Positions 48,223-58,889 of a DNA stretch of 64,000 nucleotides are shown one piece after another (the stretch's first letter is position 1; each line of letters opens with the position of its first letter). The notes beneath the pieces are model-generated. The model had not been told where the DNA came from and did no database searches. It saw nothing but the letters and a program-made list of their open reading frames with translations. The position numbers and the translations under genes are program-made. The DNA is from Macrostomum lignano (lineage: Eukaryota): positions 190,134 through 254,133 of the forward strand of contig NIVC01001660.1 in the NCBI GenBank assembly GCA_002269645.1, read 5' to 3'.

Positions 48223-50583
48223 TAACTAATTAACTATCAACAAAAAAGTAGTTTAACAAGTATATTATTATGCTAACTTTATAGGCCTAACCTTAGCCTT
48301 TCGGCTTTTTGCTGTCATGGCAGTTGTCATTATCACACTAAAGCTAGTAGGCGTAGGCCTAACAACAGCTAGGCCTATAGCTACTATGCCTAGGCCTACC
48401 ATGATTTATTATATTCTATTATTGTTTTAAAATAGGCCTAGCTTGTTAACTTAGATCTAGTTATTTTAAGGTAAAAATTGTCAAATCAATAATTTCCCTA
48501 TATATATTTAATATATCATGCCAAATTCAATTATTGGAAGACTTGAAGACTAATCTCATATAGGACCTACTCATGCTTAGGCCTAATGACATGTTAGTGT
48601 CAGACAAGTCAAATGATAGTTTACTATTTGTTTTTAATCTATCCAACCAATAAGATATTGCTATAGTTAACCCTTAACCTATGCTTTAATTTGTATTGAG
48701 TATATAATTTAGCATAGGGCCTATTGAAGTTGTTTTCACATAGGCCTAGGAACAACAAGGCTAAAGTTTATTATATTGGCTTTTTTTTAATTTCTGAATG
48801 TATTTTTTACTAAAATACTTTTTTCTACTTTTAACAATAATACTATAATGTACTACATACTATCTTAAAGATATGGATATTTATAGCACCTAGTCCTAGG
48901 CCTATTTTTAGAAGTTATATTGCTGCAACTTTTTTCTTTAGTTTTCTTTTATTACCAGTTGGCAGTTTCTGTTTGCTTGCAATTCTTTGTATTAAAATAA
49001 TACAGAATTATTTATTTGCAAAAAACCTTTTGGCTTTCAGTTAGGGGCCTATCTTTAATCTTTATATATATTATTATTATTATTTATTATTATTTATTTT
49101 TATTCCTATATTTCACTATTGGTTTGATAATTTGTTGAAAATTTTGTTAGATATAGGGTTCTATTTATAATTAATTATATAGGCATATATATATTCATTA
49201 CTTACATGACATTCTTATGTTAGTTAGTACCTTCAATATGCAAAAAAATGTTTTTCCTCTCTTAATCCCTCTGGTTCTTTGAGACTTCTCTTTTCTCTCT
49301 CTTGTTTTTTCATTTCATCTAAATCATCTTGCCATCTCTCCCTTCTCTCCTCTCTTATCCCTCCTCTTTTATCTTAACTCTTATTTCTAGGCCTATTCTC
49401 TGCTCTCTACTCTTCTTTCCCTCTCCTCTCTTCTCTCTCCATTGTTATCTTATCTTTCCTCTCCTCTTTGTCTTTTCTCTTTCCTCTGTTCTCTACTTTT
49501 CCATCTTTCCTCTCTGCTCTCTCATCTTCCTCTTCTCTTATCTCTCATATCTTGTCTATTCACCTTTATATCTATATTCAATATACCTTAATTTTGTCAG
49601 TTTCATGTTAGTTAAACCAGCTATGATTTTGATATTCTAAACTTTGTTTCATACATGTTGGATTATAGAGAAAATATATTCATTAACTAGAAACAAGGCT
49701 TTTATTTTGTTGTTCATTGCAAAGCATGTATTTATTAATCCCACATTGGTTTCATTTCAGTTGTGCTGAGTCATCCAATCTAGATGTTCATCCATCAATG
49801 TCTGCTGAGCTACCATAGTGAAGTACTGTAATTAATTATGTTTTGTGATTTTAAGAGACTTTTTGACAATGTGACTTGATTGTTGATTGATATGAAGGTT
49901 CAATTGTTTAAAATACATTGGCTTACTGTTAGTTTTTAACTTTGTTTTCTAATTTCGCATGCATTTTTCTGAAACTAGATATTCTTATATCGAATGTGAA
50001 CTTGAATAAAAATAAAGTTGTGATACTGTACAAGTTTTATTTGACTCCTACTGTTCATTTCAACAACAAAAGAAAGATTTTGAATGTTGGAGTCCTTGTT
50101 GGGCAGGTGTGCCAAGATTTCGGAAATATTATGCCTTCCTGATTTTGATTATACTGGTTTTTGATAGTGAAGTGTATATAATGCCTTTGCAGCCTACTCA
50201 ACTCTGTACAGATTATCTGCTTTATAAAGCTTCCAAACTGGAGGATATAAAGTATGGTCTGCTACTTTATCGAGACTAGGAGGCAATGATTGAAGTAACT
50301 GAAACTTTATTCATTCTGTATGCAATGAAATATTGTGTATTGCCGTTACTTTACTGTACGCCCGCCGCTCCTACATGTAGATATAGCGCCAAACTTTGCA
50401 TCATGTTAAAGAAAATAAAATTTTGAGCAACCTGGCGAAAAAAAATATCTTTTTAAGTGCAACCAGTCCGGAGTTATGAGCATTTAAAGTTCAGCTGCAA
50501 TGCAAACAAGCGGGCCTTCAAATAAATTTGCAATATTTACGAGTGTTGCGTCCTGATACAACGGTAACTTCTAGTGGTCCTTG
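48223..50583. mobile_element. Inverted, one-ended copy of the 44451 transposon (2361 bp)
   Basis: Reverse complement of 44451-46811. It has one TIR ending at 50583; I found no second TIR or matching TSD. Confidence 0.88.
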
Positions 50584-50650
50584 GTTCCACATTCCACACT
50601 GTCGCGTGCTTTTTTACACAGCAAGCTCTGGCTATTTTTAGCACAAGACA

Positions 50651-50890
50651 CACATATTGGGTGGGCCAATAATACACACGGTTTTTTCCTTCATTTCACA
50701 CAAATTGGGTGGGCCAATAATACACACGGTTTTTTCCTTCATTTCACACATATTGGGTGGGCCAATAATACACACGGTTTTTTCCTTCATTTCACACATA
50801 TTGGGTGGGCCAATAATACACACGGTTTTTTCCTTCATTTCACACATATTGGGTGGGCCAATAATACACACGTTTTTTCCTTCATTTCAC
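50651..50890. repeat. Five tandem 48-bp repeats at the Polinton end (probable subterminal/TIR repeats)
   Basis: CACATATTGGGTGGGCCAATAATACACACGGTTTTTTCCTTCATTTCA x5, near identical. Confidence 0.9.
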
Positions 50891-51609
50891 ACAGATAACT
50901 CACAGTAAGCATCGAGAAGGCCCTGAAGTTCAGCCGCCGATGGAGGTCTTGTTGGGGGAGTCGGATCTAGCCAATCTGCTGCATCCGTTTGCCACCACCT
51001 TTCGCTCCGAATCGTCCTAGAGTTGTCATGCAGGAATGTAGCCGAAACAGAGCAAAAGCGGAGCCGTGGAAGCTCGGTCACCAGAGTATAGATGTTATGG
51101 CGGGATTGCACGTGGTAGTAACTCACGCTGAACAGTTCCGCCAGGCTTGTTAATGTCTGCTGATGCCTCGTAATAAATTGGTCATACACTTTTCCAAGAA
51201 AAAATGCTGCCACCCAAGTTCGCCGGTTGTAAATTTGGCCCTGCTTAACCAGGTTTTCATGCAGTTCCGGCACCCCATTGTCAACAGGACCTCGGTTTGT
51301 GATGTCGTTGCAGATGGCTTCTAACTCCCCCTCACTAATTACCTCTGCCTGAGCCGCTTGCTCGTTCTCATATTGAAGCGAACTTCGAAGTTTATGGAAT
51401 ACATCCGTGGCTCTTTCCTTCATCTTCCGTATTTTCATTTCTTCACTGACTCGCAGATGCCTTTCTTCATCTTCAGATAATCTTTCCCAGAGTTCTCGAA
51501 CCATGTCTTTAACGTCATCCTTATGCTCCTCAACAATAAATTGATCGATGGAATCGATAAAACCTGTGAGATCTTGCATGGTGATTCTGGCTGTAGTTGC
51601 ATTAAACAT
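50887..51609 (-). CDS. Polinton accessory protein of unknown function, 240 aa, predicted helical
   Basis: Intact ORF with AAAATG start, between the penton gene and the terminal repeats. No family recognised. Confidence 0.7.
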   Translation of the reverse strand: MFNATTARITMQDLTGFIDSIDQFIVEEHKDDVKDMVRELWERLSEDEERHLRVSEEMKIRKMKERATDVFHKLRSSLQYENEQAAQAEVISEGELEAICNDITNRGPVDNGVPELHENLVKQGQIYNRRTWVAAFFLGKVYDQFITRHQQTLTSLAELFSVSYYHVQSRHNIYTLVTELPRLRFCSVSATFLHDNSRTIRSERWWQTDAADWLDPTPPTRPPSAAELQGLLDAYCELSV

Positions 51610-52140
51610 TTTGTCTACAAATATATAAGTAGAGTGTTTTAAATAGTTTAGAATTAAAAAAGCAACTGAAAGTTACAGAAAATGGTTTAAAGTAAGTCAG
51701 GATTTACTTACGAAGATACGATGCGAGTTCGAGCGTCCGCTAGAAACAAATTTCTCCTATTTCTTTCAGCAGTCTGCCTATTTCTTTATTAGAAGCATAT
51801 AATACAAACCCCCCCACCACCCCCCCCAAGGAGAAGCATGGTGGAAAGAGAGATTGTAACCGAAACCAGTGTGCTCAAGACTGTACACTTGTGTGGAGAG
51901 AAGAGAAGCGAAGGCCAATATCAATCAAGGAAATTCTTCCTCGGCTGGGCTCAGTTAAAGTGAAAATCTCTCTCCCCCACGCACGCTGCACCCACACACA
52001 TACACTCCCCTCTCCCCCACACACGAGACGGCCGCGCCCACAAACTGTCAGAATGGGGTAAGAGATTTTGAGTACACATGCGCGCATTTTTTCATACCAC
52101 TCTATTCTCGGCAAGCATACTTAAAAGGGAACGCATTTTC

Positions 52141-53004
52141 TCACATTCTCTCAATGATCAACGTCAATACAAACTCTTCCCCATTAAAATCAACACCTAC
52201 CCCATCTTCAGTCTCAAACTGTAGCACAATCTCGTGAATCTCCTTATTACTCAATACAACTCTTTTCACTGGATTTGGTTTCTCTACCACCATCTGTCCT
52301 CCAGCTACAGAGTTGGAGATATTGTACAAAATATTCGTTCGCTTTCCCTTAAATACCCAATCAAGACTGAGATTGCTTCTGATTAGAATATTCAAACCCT
52401 TTACAATGTCTGCAATATTGGGTGCTAAGAACAAACCGCTTACATTTTCCCGGGCCATTTTAACGGTCCCCGATGCTTGAGTGGCGGTCCGCGCCGCGGA
52501 TTCTGCCTTATAAACTTTCTTCTCGAATCCCAGTTCCCTATACCAAGTGTCATCTTTAAACTCAACCTCCGCATCTTTGTGAACTTGCATGACCACTCTC
52601 ATTACAGTGAGATCATAGGTTAGTTTGACAGGGAACAGTTTCTTTTCTGGCTTACTCGCATCAGGTGTCTCAAAATGGCCTCTCTTAGTAAAGACATTTT
52701 CTAGAAAGTTATTGTAGGTATCCACACTTTGCGTGCTCACATGGAATACCACAGGGTCTGCTGCTGCGCCTTTCCATTTGTAATAAAACTTATTATTTGC
52801 TGCCATCACATTGGGAACGTTTGACCAACCAGTGAAGTCGTTAAGATAGACATGGTAATTAGCGCCTGGATCCAAGCGAATCGCCTGCTCTAATTTTTCA
52901 ACAAACATCCCGTTTGAGTCATTAATTCGCCCAGTTATTGTAATAGGAATGCTCTCCTTAGAGTGTGAAACAATGTTATTTAGTCTTTCGGCTATAGCTT
53001 CCAT
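52141..53004 (-). CDS. Minor capsid protein (penton, single jelly roll), 287 aa
   Basis: IRLDP...Y.VYL..F..W.NVPNV...NNKFYY, LGF, NILY and I.LQF....G..VDFNGE...L.L.I match Polinton pentons. It follows the MCP gene. Confidence 0.88.
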   Translation of the reverse strand: MEAIAERLNNIVSHSKESIPITITGRINDSNGMFVEKLEQAIRLDPGANYHVYLNDFTGWSNVPNVMAANNKFYYKWKGAAADPVVFHVSTQSVDTYNNFLENVFTKRGHFETPDASKPEKKLFPVKLTYDLTVMRVVMQVHKDAEVEFKDDTWYRELGFEKKVYKAESAARTATQASGTVKMARENVSGLFLAPNIADIVKGLNILIRSNLSLDWVFKGKRTNILYNISNSVAGGQMVVEKPNPVKRVVLSNKEIHEIVLQFETEDGVGVDFNGEEFVLTLIIERM

Positions 53005-53024
53005 TTTTTGTCCTAAAAAAATAT

Positions 53025-54311
53025 TTAAACTTTACTGGATGAATTGTTGATCATGTTAAGCTTCACCTTCCTCTCAAATGCATAGACAATGTACAGGTCC
53101 ACGGGTGTTGCGGCAGTCCTTTCAATGTTAGTCACGATATTCACAGGGCTGTTATCAGTAGGCATTTGTCTGGCAGACACATCAGCGCCAAACATCGGAT
53201 ATAGAGTTCCATATTGGAGAGCAGTGATAGCAATTCCATTGTTCTCTTTCACAGCCAAGTCGACCAACTCGCTGTAAAATTTGCTAATCTTGTTCTGACT
53301 GAAATCTCCATTTTGTGGCAGTGCAGGGTAAAGATTATCACTGATTTCATGCTGAATGGACCGCACGTCTCCATGCATGTAGCGTATAATGCTATTTGGG
53401 TTTCTCATATTAATAATGATATACCTTGGATTGCTGCATGATCCCTCTTTGATGCAGATGTTTGTTCTAGTTTCGTTTCGCTCATCTCGACACATGTAGG
53501 CCGTGTATGCAACATCAATGTCCTTCTCTATTGCCTTGAGATAATCCGCTTTTAGTGCAGTCTTTGGCTCAATGACTTCCAAATACAGCTCGATTCCAGT
53601 TAGCTTCACCTCCATCCTTGTGTGGTCCGCCCCAGTCCACAACACTCTACTGCGATCATCTCTAGTCATCTTAAAGGTGTAGCTAAAGTTACTAGTCAGT
53701 CGATTAAATGTATTACAGAATCCACTCATGAATCTCAATGGTACAAATACATCAACAGACCGATACAGCGGGTTCTTAGCAGCATCATCAGCACCTTGCA
53801 ATGCATAGTTGTATCTCTTCTTCCTCTTTTTATAGCCACTGTCATTGATATCTCCTTCTTTTTCATCTGCAATAAAACCCGCACCACTTCCCAATTGAAT
53901 AAAATCAGGATTCTCGATCAAACAATGAGCGTCATAGACAATTCCAAAGTTGGCGATTCGCTCCAACTCAGTGCTCCCATTCGATACACTAAACTCCTTG
54001 AACATGTACGCCCAAAAGTTACTGATCAGAGCCACATCCGCATCATGCTTGTCAACGTTAGCACGAGCCGCATCCGCACCACCCTTTGTCTTGAATTGAA
54101 ATGTCATATGGAAGCCGCTCTTAAGACTGTGCACACTAACCAAAGACGAACATCCATTGTATGTAAATGTCAGTGTTTGACCAGGACCAAGATTAGTTTC
54201 ATTCTGATTTTCCTGACTGGGAACTCTTACCTGAGTCGCTTTGATTGTGCTATTATCACTCAAAATAGGCTTGTTAATTTTGTAGAAAACTGGTGTCAGT
54301 GGGTCGTTCAT
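53025..54311 (-). CDS. Major capsid protein (double jelly roll, hexon-like), 428 aa
   Basis: Beta-rich. Motifs NFWAYMFKE, GY.KRK, FVPLRFMSGFC, LTGIELYL, PRYIII and YPMFG.DVS resemble Polinton MCPs in pattern and size. Confidence 0.88.
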   Translation of the reverse strand: MNDPLTPVFYKINKPILSDNSTIKATQVRVPSQENQNETNLGPGQTLTFTYNGCSSLVSVHSLKSGFHMTFQFKTKGGADAARANVDKHDADVALISNFWAYMFKEFSVSNGSTELERIANFGIVYDAHCLIENPDFIQLGSGAGFIADEKEGDINDSGYKKRKKRYNYALQGADDAAKNPLYRSVDVFVPLRFMSGFCNTFNRLTSNFSYTFKMTRDDRSRVLWTGADHTRMEVKLTGIELYLEVIEPKTALKADYLKAIEKDIDVAYTAYMCRDERNETRTNICIKEGSCSNPRYIIINMRNPNSIIRYMHGDVRSIQHEISDNLYPALPQNGDFSQNKISKFYSELVDLAVKENNGIAITALQYGTLYPMFGADVSARQMPTDNSPVNIVTNIERTAATPVDLYIVYAFERKVKLNMINNSSSKV

Positions 54312-54341
54312 TTTTTAACTAAAAATAAAATAAAATAAGAA

Positions 54342-55537
54342 ATGAAGCGGAAAAGTACACAGCAGATATCTGAATTGGAGAAGCTAGCACAAGCAGAGAA
54401 ACGAGTTACCGGGCTAATAAATAAGGAGCAACAATCCTACAATGAGTTTGTCCAAGCAGCCACAGAGTTTCATAAACCCGGGTATGGAGAAGCTAAGAAA
54501 AATATTGATCAGGTCAAAGAAACTATCGACGACATACAGGAAACCCAAGTGCAAAAGATTTTGGGCAAAATTCCAGAAGCACCACAGATACAGCCGCAAC
54601 CACAACAACCACAACCACATCAATCACAACTAAAAGTGACAGATAACATTTTTGGACCAGTAGAGCGTGTCGAACATGATGGGAAATATGTATTTGGAAT
54701 AAGTATGTGGAGAAAAAACATTTATAATGAACCAGTGGAATATTATATCGACATAAATAAGAAACATATTTCTGTTGTCAAAGGCTCGGAAACTAAGAGC
54801 ATTCCTTTCACAGAAACCTTACTGACTTTTATGACCAAGAACCAAGAGAGAATCTCGGACAAACAGCTAAAGAACTATAGAGATCTAGTGACTTTTGCTC
54901 TTGCTAGAGATATAGAAATACTAAAGGCCCCAGAAGTCCTGAGACTTATGTATGATAACGGTGTCAACCTGACTAGATTCAAAAAGTACAAACACTTTAA
55001 ACAATGGTTCGATTTGCCAGATCAGGCGGAAGTCATAAAATATCTAGAACAACAACAACAACAGCAACAACAACCACAACCACAGCAGCAGCAACATTTC
55101 ACAGAAGTACTCAGGCAACTGGAAAATGCAGATCCGACTCAAGTAGCTGAATATAAGAAACAAAACCCAACAGATTGGCAACAACTAGAAAATATCTCCC
55201 CAGATCGAATGAATAGAATCAATCAAAGAGTTTTCACACCTCAACAAAGACAGGCGCCACATGACAGTTCCATCTCTGAAAGTGAGCAGTCTTTTGGATC
55301 ACCTCCCCAGCAGCCACAAGCCCAACCAACTCCACAACCCAAGACCAACCACCCAAATCTGGAAAAGGAATAGCTGAAATCTACAAGCGAGTAGCGGTTC
55401 TTCTAGGAGCGGCAAAGACCGGAATGAAAGACGAGAATAGAAAAGAATTTGTCAACATTCTGAACAAAATGCTTGAGAGAAAATACATCGATAAGAGGGC
55501 GAGAGAGCTTCTGCTTTCGCGGTTCAACAAAAAATAA
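54342..55537 (+). CDS. Gln-rich Polinton protein; 343-aa ORF probably continuing through a frameshift at about 55350 to a stop at 55537
   Basis: PolyQ/P tract. The alternative frame continues KSGKGIAEIYKRVAVLLGAAKTG...EFVNILNKMLERKYI, resembling the G.G...RL.LL.....G...E...I...L motif of Polinton structural proteins. Confidence 0.6.
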
Positions 55538-55553
55538 TTTATTTCAAGTAAAA

Positions 55554-55940
55554 ATGCCAATTATTTTGAGAAAGACATTGACAAATACTATGACAAAGAG
55601 GAACTTAATCTTATTAAACGCGGATCTGGACTTTTCCCTGCAGGCCACTATCCAAGAAAAGAACGCTCTGGAATGGCCTTGCCGATTTGATCGCTCAGGG
55701 GCCAAGATTTTTAAGGTCATTGGAGAGAACAAAGAGAACATCAAGAACGTTGCCGAAGCGGCTGGCAGTGTAGCCACAGCAGCCAAAAAGATAAAGGATA
55801 CTGTAACACCTAAACAAGAGATTCAGCCTCCACTGGCCCCGCTGGCTCCATTGGCCCCAAATCCAGACAGTGTGGACCCTGCAGTCTATGAGAAGATGAG
55901 AGCTAGCATTAAAAAAGGAAGTGGTTTCAAATTTGACTAA
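55554..55940 (+). CDS. Small basic core-like virion protein (frameshifted in this sequence)
   Basis: AAAAATG start. The repaired reading is MPIILRK..DKYYDKEELNLIKRGSGLF...AQGAKIFKVIGENKENIKNVAEAAGSVATA...IKKGSGFKFD. Confidence 0.55.
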   Translation: MPIILRKTLTNTMTKRNLILLNADLDFSLQATIQEKNALEWPCRFDRSGAKIFKVIGENKENIKNVAEAAGSVATAAKKIKDTVTPKQEIQPPLAPLAPLAPNPDSVDPAVYEKMRASIKKGSGFKFD

Positions 55941-55967
55941 AGGGTACTTTCCGAGGGTACAAGACTA

Positions 55968-56030
55968 GTCCCAAAATGACACATCTAAGTCCCGAAATGA
56001 CACATCTAAGTCCCAAAATGACACATCTAA
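55968..56030. repeat. 21-bp tandem repeat x3 (GTCCC(A/G)AAATGACACATCTAA) upstream of the ATPase
   Basis: Read directly from the sequence. Confidence 0.9.
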
Positions 56031-56069
56031 ATTATTTATTATTTAAATTTTTTTTTCATCATAGAAAAA

Positions 56070-56867
56070 ATGGACTTTTCAAACGACTTCAATCCTCACT
56101 GGACGCGTAATCAGATTAAGTTTTCTCATCACGAGTCAATTCCGAGTCACTTCAGATGCATTGTTGTTGGTTCATCAGGTTCAGGTAAAACATTCAGAGA
56201 CTTTAACATGCTTCTTAGACCTGGCTTTATCGACTATGACACTCTGCACATCTACTCTCCCACACTGTATCAAGATGAGTATAAAATGTTGATTTCTGGA
56301 TTGCAAAACAAACTGCACAAAGAGGACATTATTGCATGTTTTAATAACCAAATGAGCCTTCCCAGTAACCCTGAAATTGTAGCTGCTGAATATGCAAAGC
56401 ACCTCAAAGACAATGAAAAATGGCAGAACATTAAAGTGTTCACCTATGGAGATCCACAGGCTGATCCAAAGACCAAACTTCTACCCAACCAGATGAGCTA
56501 GAAAAGGGGAGAAAGCATTTGATCGTCTTTGATGATTGTATGACAGGCCCACAGAAGCAGATAGAAAACTATTTTACAAGAGGGCGACATAACAATTGCA
56601 ATGTAATTTACATTGCACAGAATTGGTTCGAGCTCCGAACAAAACAATTCGTGGGAACTGCAATCTGATTCTCCTGTTTCCAACCATTCCACAGGACAGG
56701 CTAAAAAGATTTTACAATGAGGTCATTGCGCCTGCCTATTTCATAAATCCAACAAAAAACTCAAGCAGAAAGATTCACAAGAGGAATTCGTTAATCTTTG
56801 CTATGACAAGTGGAATCAGCCTTACCAGTTTGTGATTATCAGCAAAGAAAAAAGAACTGTAATTTAA
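56070..56867 (+). CDS. A32/FtsK-like DNA packaging ATPase, split by three frameshifts
   Basis: Walker A GSSGSGKT, Walker B LIVFDD, RGRHNNC..IYIAQN and TIRGNC in successive frames. Confidence 0.9.
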
Positions 56868-56883
56868 AATTTGCTATTAAAAG

Positions 56884-57615
56884 ATGTCGATAAACTTTGC
56901 AGGTGAATCCATTTCTGGCAACAGCGCTCTTACATCAGCTCAGATATCCATCCTTGACAGGCGATATATCAACAGCGACGAAAAGATCCCAGAGATCAAA
57001 CTGAATAAAAACAGACTGAAACAATTAGAGCGCTCCATGCACCAGTTGCAAATAAACATGGAAGATCTCAGGCTTAAAGTAGCTAGGCAGAAGTTTGAAA
57101 GTGATAAGCTTTATGTGCCGTTGTTAAACGCAACTAATGAACTAAGGTCAGAAATAACTTCGATAGTCTCGCTAATCAACGGCTTGAGATCGACAGTTAA
57201 TCTTCTGAGAAACTCCATTGATAGGCGGATGCGCATTCTTGAAGAAGGAGTTTTCACAAACACAGTTAAAGTGAGGAATTTAGAAGAGTTCATGAACCAG
57301 TCAACAGCATTGCATGATAGAATTAGAGAAAACGTAGCAACCAACACAGGTAAAGTGAGGAATTTAGAAGAGTTCATGACTCAGTCAACAGCGTTGCATG
57401 ATCAAATCAAAGTAAGAATTACTGCAAATAAAGTCTTTGTAGATTTAGTTTTTACCGAATGGCAGAAATCGGTGAGAAGAATCGGTCGTCTTGAACGCTT
57501 GCATAATCTCAAAAACATTGACGCTGAAGAGGCACCACAGACCACAAGGGAAACAAGTGATCCAACCGACTTGTTTGAGATCATGCGTAGAATGGAGCTC
57601 ACAGATAATGAATAG
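56884..57615 (+). CDS. Coiled-coil protein with a 28-aa internal tandem duplication, 243 aa (possible fibre/spike)
   Basis: Intact ORF; TNT(V/G)KVRNLEEFM(N/T)QSTALHD is repeated at 84-bp spacing. Confidence 0.7.
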   Translation: MSINFAGESISGNSALTSAQISILDRRYINSDEKIPEIKLNKNRLKQLERSMHQLQINMEDLRLKVARQKFESDKLYVPLLNATNELRSEITSIVSLINGLRSTVNLLRNSIDRRMRILEEGVFTNTVKVRNLEEFMNQSTALHDRIRENVATNTGKVRNLEEFMTQSTALHDQIKVRITANKVFVDLVFTEWQKSVRRIGRLERLHNLKNIDAEEAPQTTRETSDPTDLFEIMRRMELTDNE

Positions 57616-57723
57616 GCAGATTCAGAGACCTGTTGCCGTCACTGCAGACGAAGCAATCAACCGTAAAACAAATCTAACCACCACCAACTAGTTGCCGATT
57701 TTTTTTAAAAAATTCCCTAAAAA

Positions 57724-58390
57724 ATGGATGCTCAAAACTCTCTTTATGATCCGAACGCTCCCACAACACCTAGTGCACCTCAATATGAGCAACAAAAACT
57801 CTACCCCGTCATTACTTGTAACTCTCAACAGTTTCGACTGGTGGAGATTCAAAAAATGCGAGATGATCTTGAAAAAAATATTTTCCACAACACAAAGAAA
57901 ATTAAGCGCTATGACAACCACTGTAAATTTTTCGACTACAGCAATATGATTCTAGGATCTGTGTCTGTTCTATCTGGATCTGCTGCAGCTGTCTCAGTGT
58001 TGCCAGCCATCACAGCCCCAATCGCAATCCCGCTCGGCTCTGTGGGTGCTGCATGTGGACTTATTTCAGCAATTACTGGAGCAGTAGCGCGAAACAGGCG
58101 AAAAAAACTAAAGCAGCTACAGGAGAAGCAAGTAAAAGAGAAAGGGTGCACACTTCAATCATAGGTACATTTCAAGGGCAATCGAGGATAAGTTCATTTC
58201 AGAGGATGAGTTCAAAACCATTCAGGATCTTTATGAACAATCAATTCGAATGAACTTGAACATGGTCGGTACTGATGACATGAGTCAGCTGAAAAATGAA
58301 CTCGAGAAAGTTTTTCAACATTATGTGGAAAGAAAGTCGGCAAGAAATTCGGCAAGAAGGACGACGAAAATGCACAATGAACCCCTATGA
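57724..58390 (+). CDS. GasderminX-like membrane-active protein of adintoviruses (frameshift near 58145)
   Basis: FRL.EI...L...KKY-like N-terminus, a Gly/Ala-rich hydrophobic hairpin (ILGSVSVLSGSAAAV...IAIPLGSVGAACGLISAITG), then YISRAIEDKFISEDEF in the +1 frame. Confidence 0.7.
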
Positions 58391-58796
58391 AACACAGCCA
58401 AGAATAATTTCCTTGTAGGTCTTTCGTGTTTTGGTCATTGCATACAAAACAGTCATGCACAGCTCACCGCAAATATCACTGCTAAGACCTTGGAGAATAA
58501 AGTCTGAGCGATAATTTTTTTTATTATTTTTCCCCTTCATATAATTTCTTAGCTCTTCTGGTACTGCCGTCCCATAGCTATCGAAGTAATAACACTTGTG
58601 CTTGCGATCGGGATCAATCACCCAGCAAACCCAATGAGATCCTGGCTTATCGGTGGTGTCAAAGTTCATGATGCCGCATTCCTTTCTTAGAGGAAAATCA
58701 GGCAGAGTGTCCCTCATAAATATTCCTCTAAAGTTTGGGATTTCCAGTTCGTTAGCCAAATCTTCAAGAAAGTTATTTGTCGTATTTTTATGTCAT
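58385..58796 (-). CDS. Adenain-like cysteine protease (start codon out of frame)
   Basis: GSHWV (His), YYFDSYG (Asp) and LQ....ICGELC (Gln/Cys). Confidence 0.92.
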
Positions 58797-58889
58797 TTTT
58801 TATGAGGTTTATTAAACTTTCTCTTAAATCTAAACCCAACCTCCTAATCTCCTAATCTACAGTCCGAATCTAACTTCCACCTCCTAAAC

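Noticed and set aside
45394-49640. Identical 103-aa hydrophobic ORFs at 45394 and 49329
   Set aside because: Translations of a GA/CT-rich low-complexity tract in the two arms.
44451-50583. One composite transposon using the outermost TIRs
   Set aside because: The outer flanks (TAACACCT vs GTTCCACA) do not match; the TSD pairs 44451 with 47171 instead.
51875-52114. Small ORF between the penton and the terminal gene
   Set aside because: Lies over a G/GT-rich low-complexity stretch with no recognisable motif.
53622-54338. 238-aa ORF antisense to the major capsid gene
   Set aside because: No ATG or A-run start context and no motifs; best explained as a shadow ORF.
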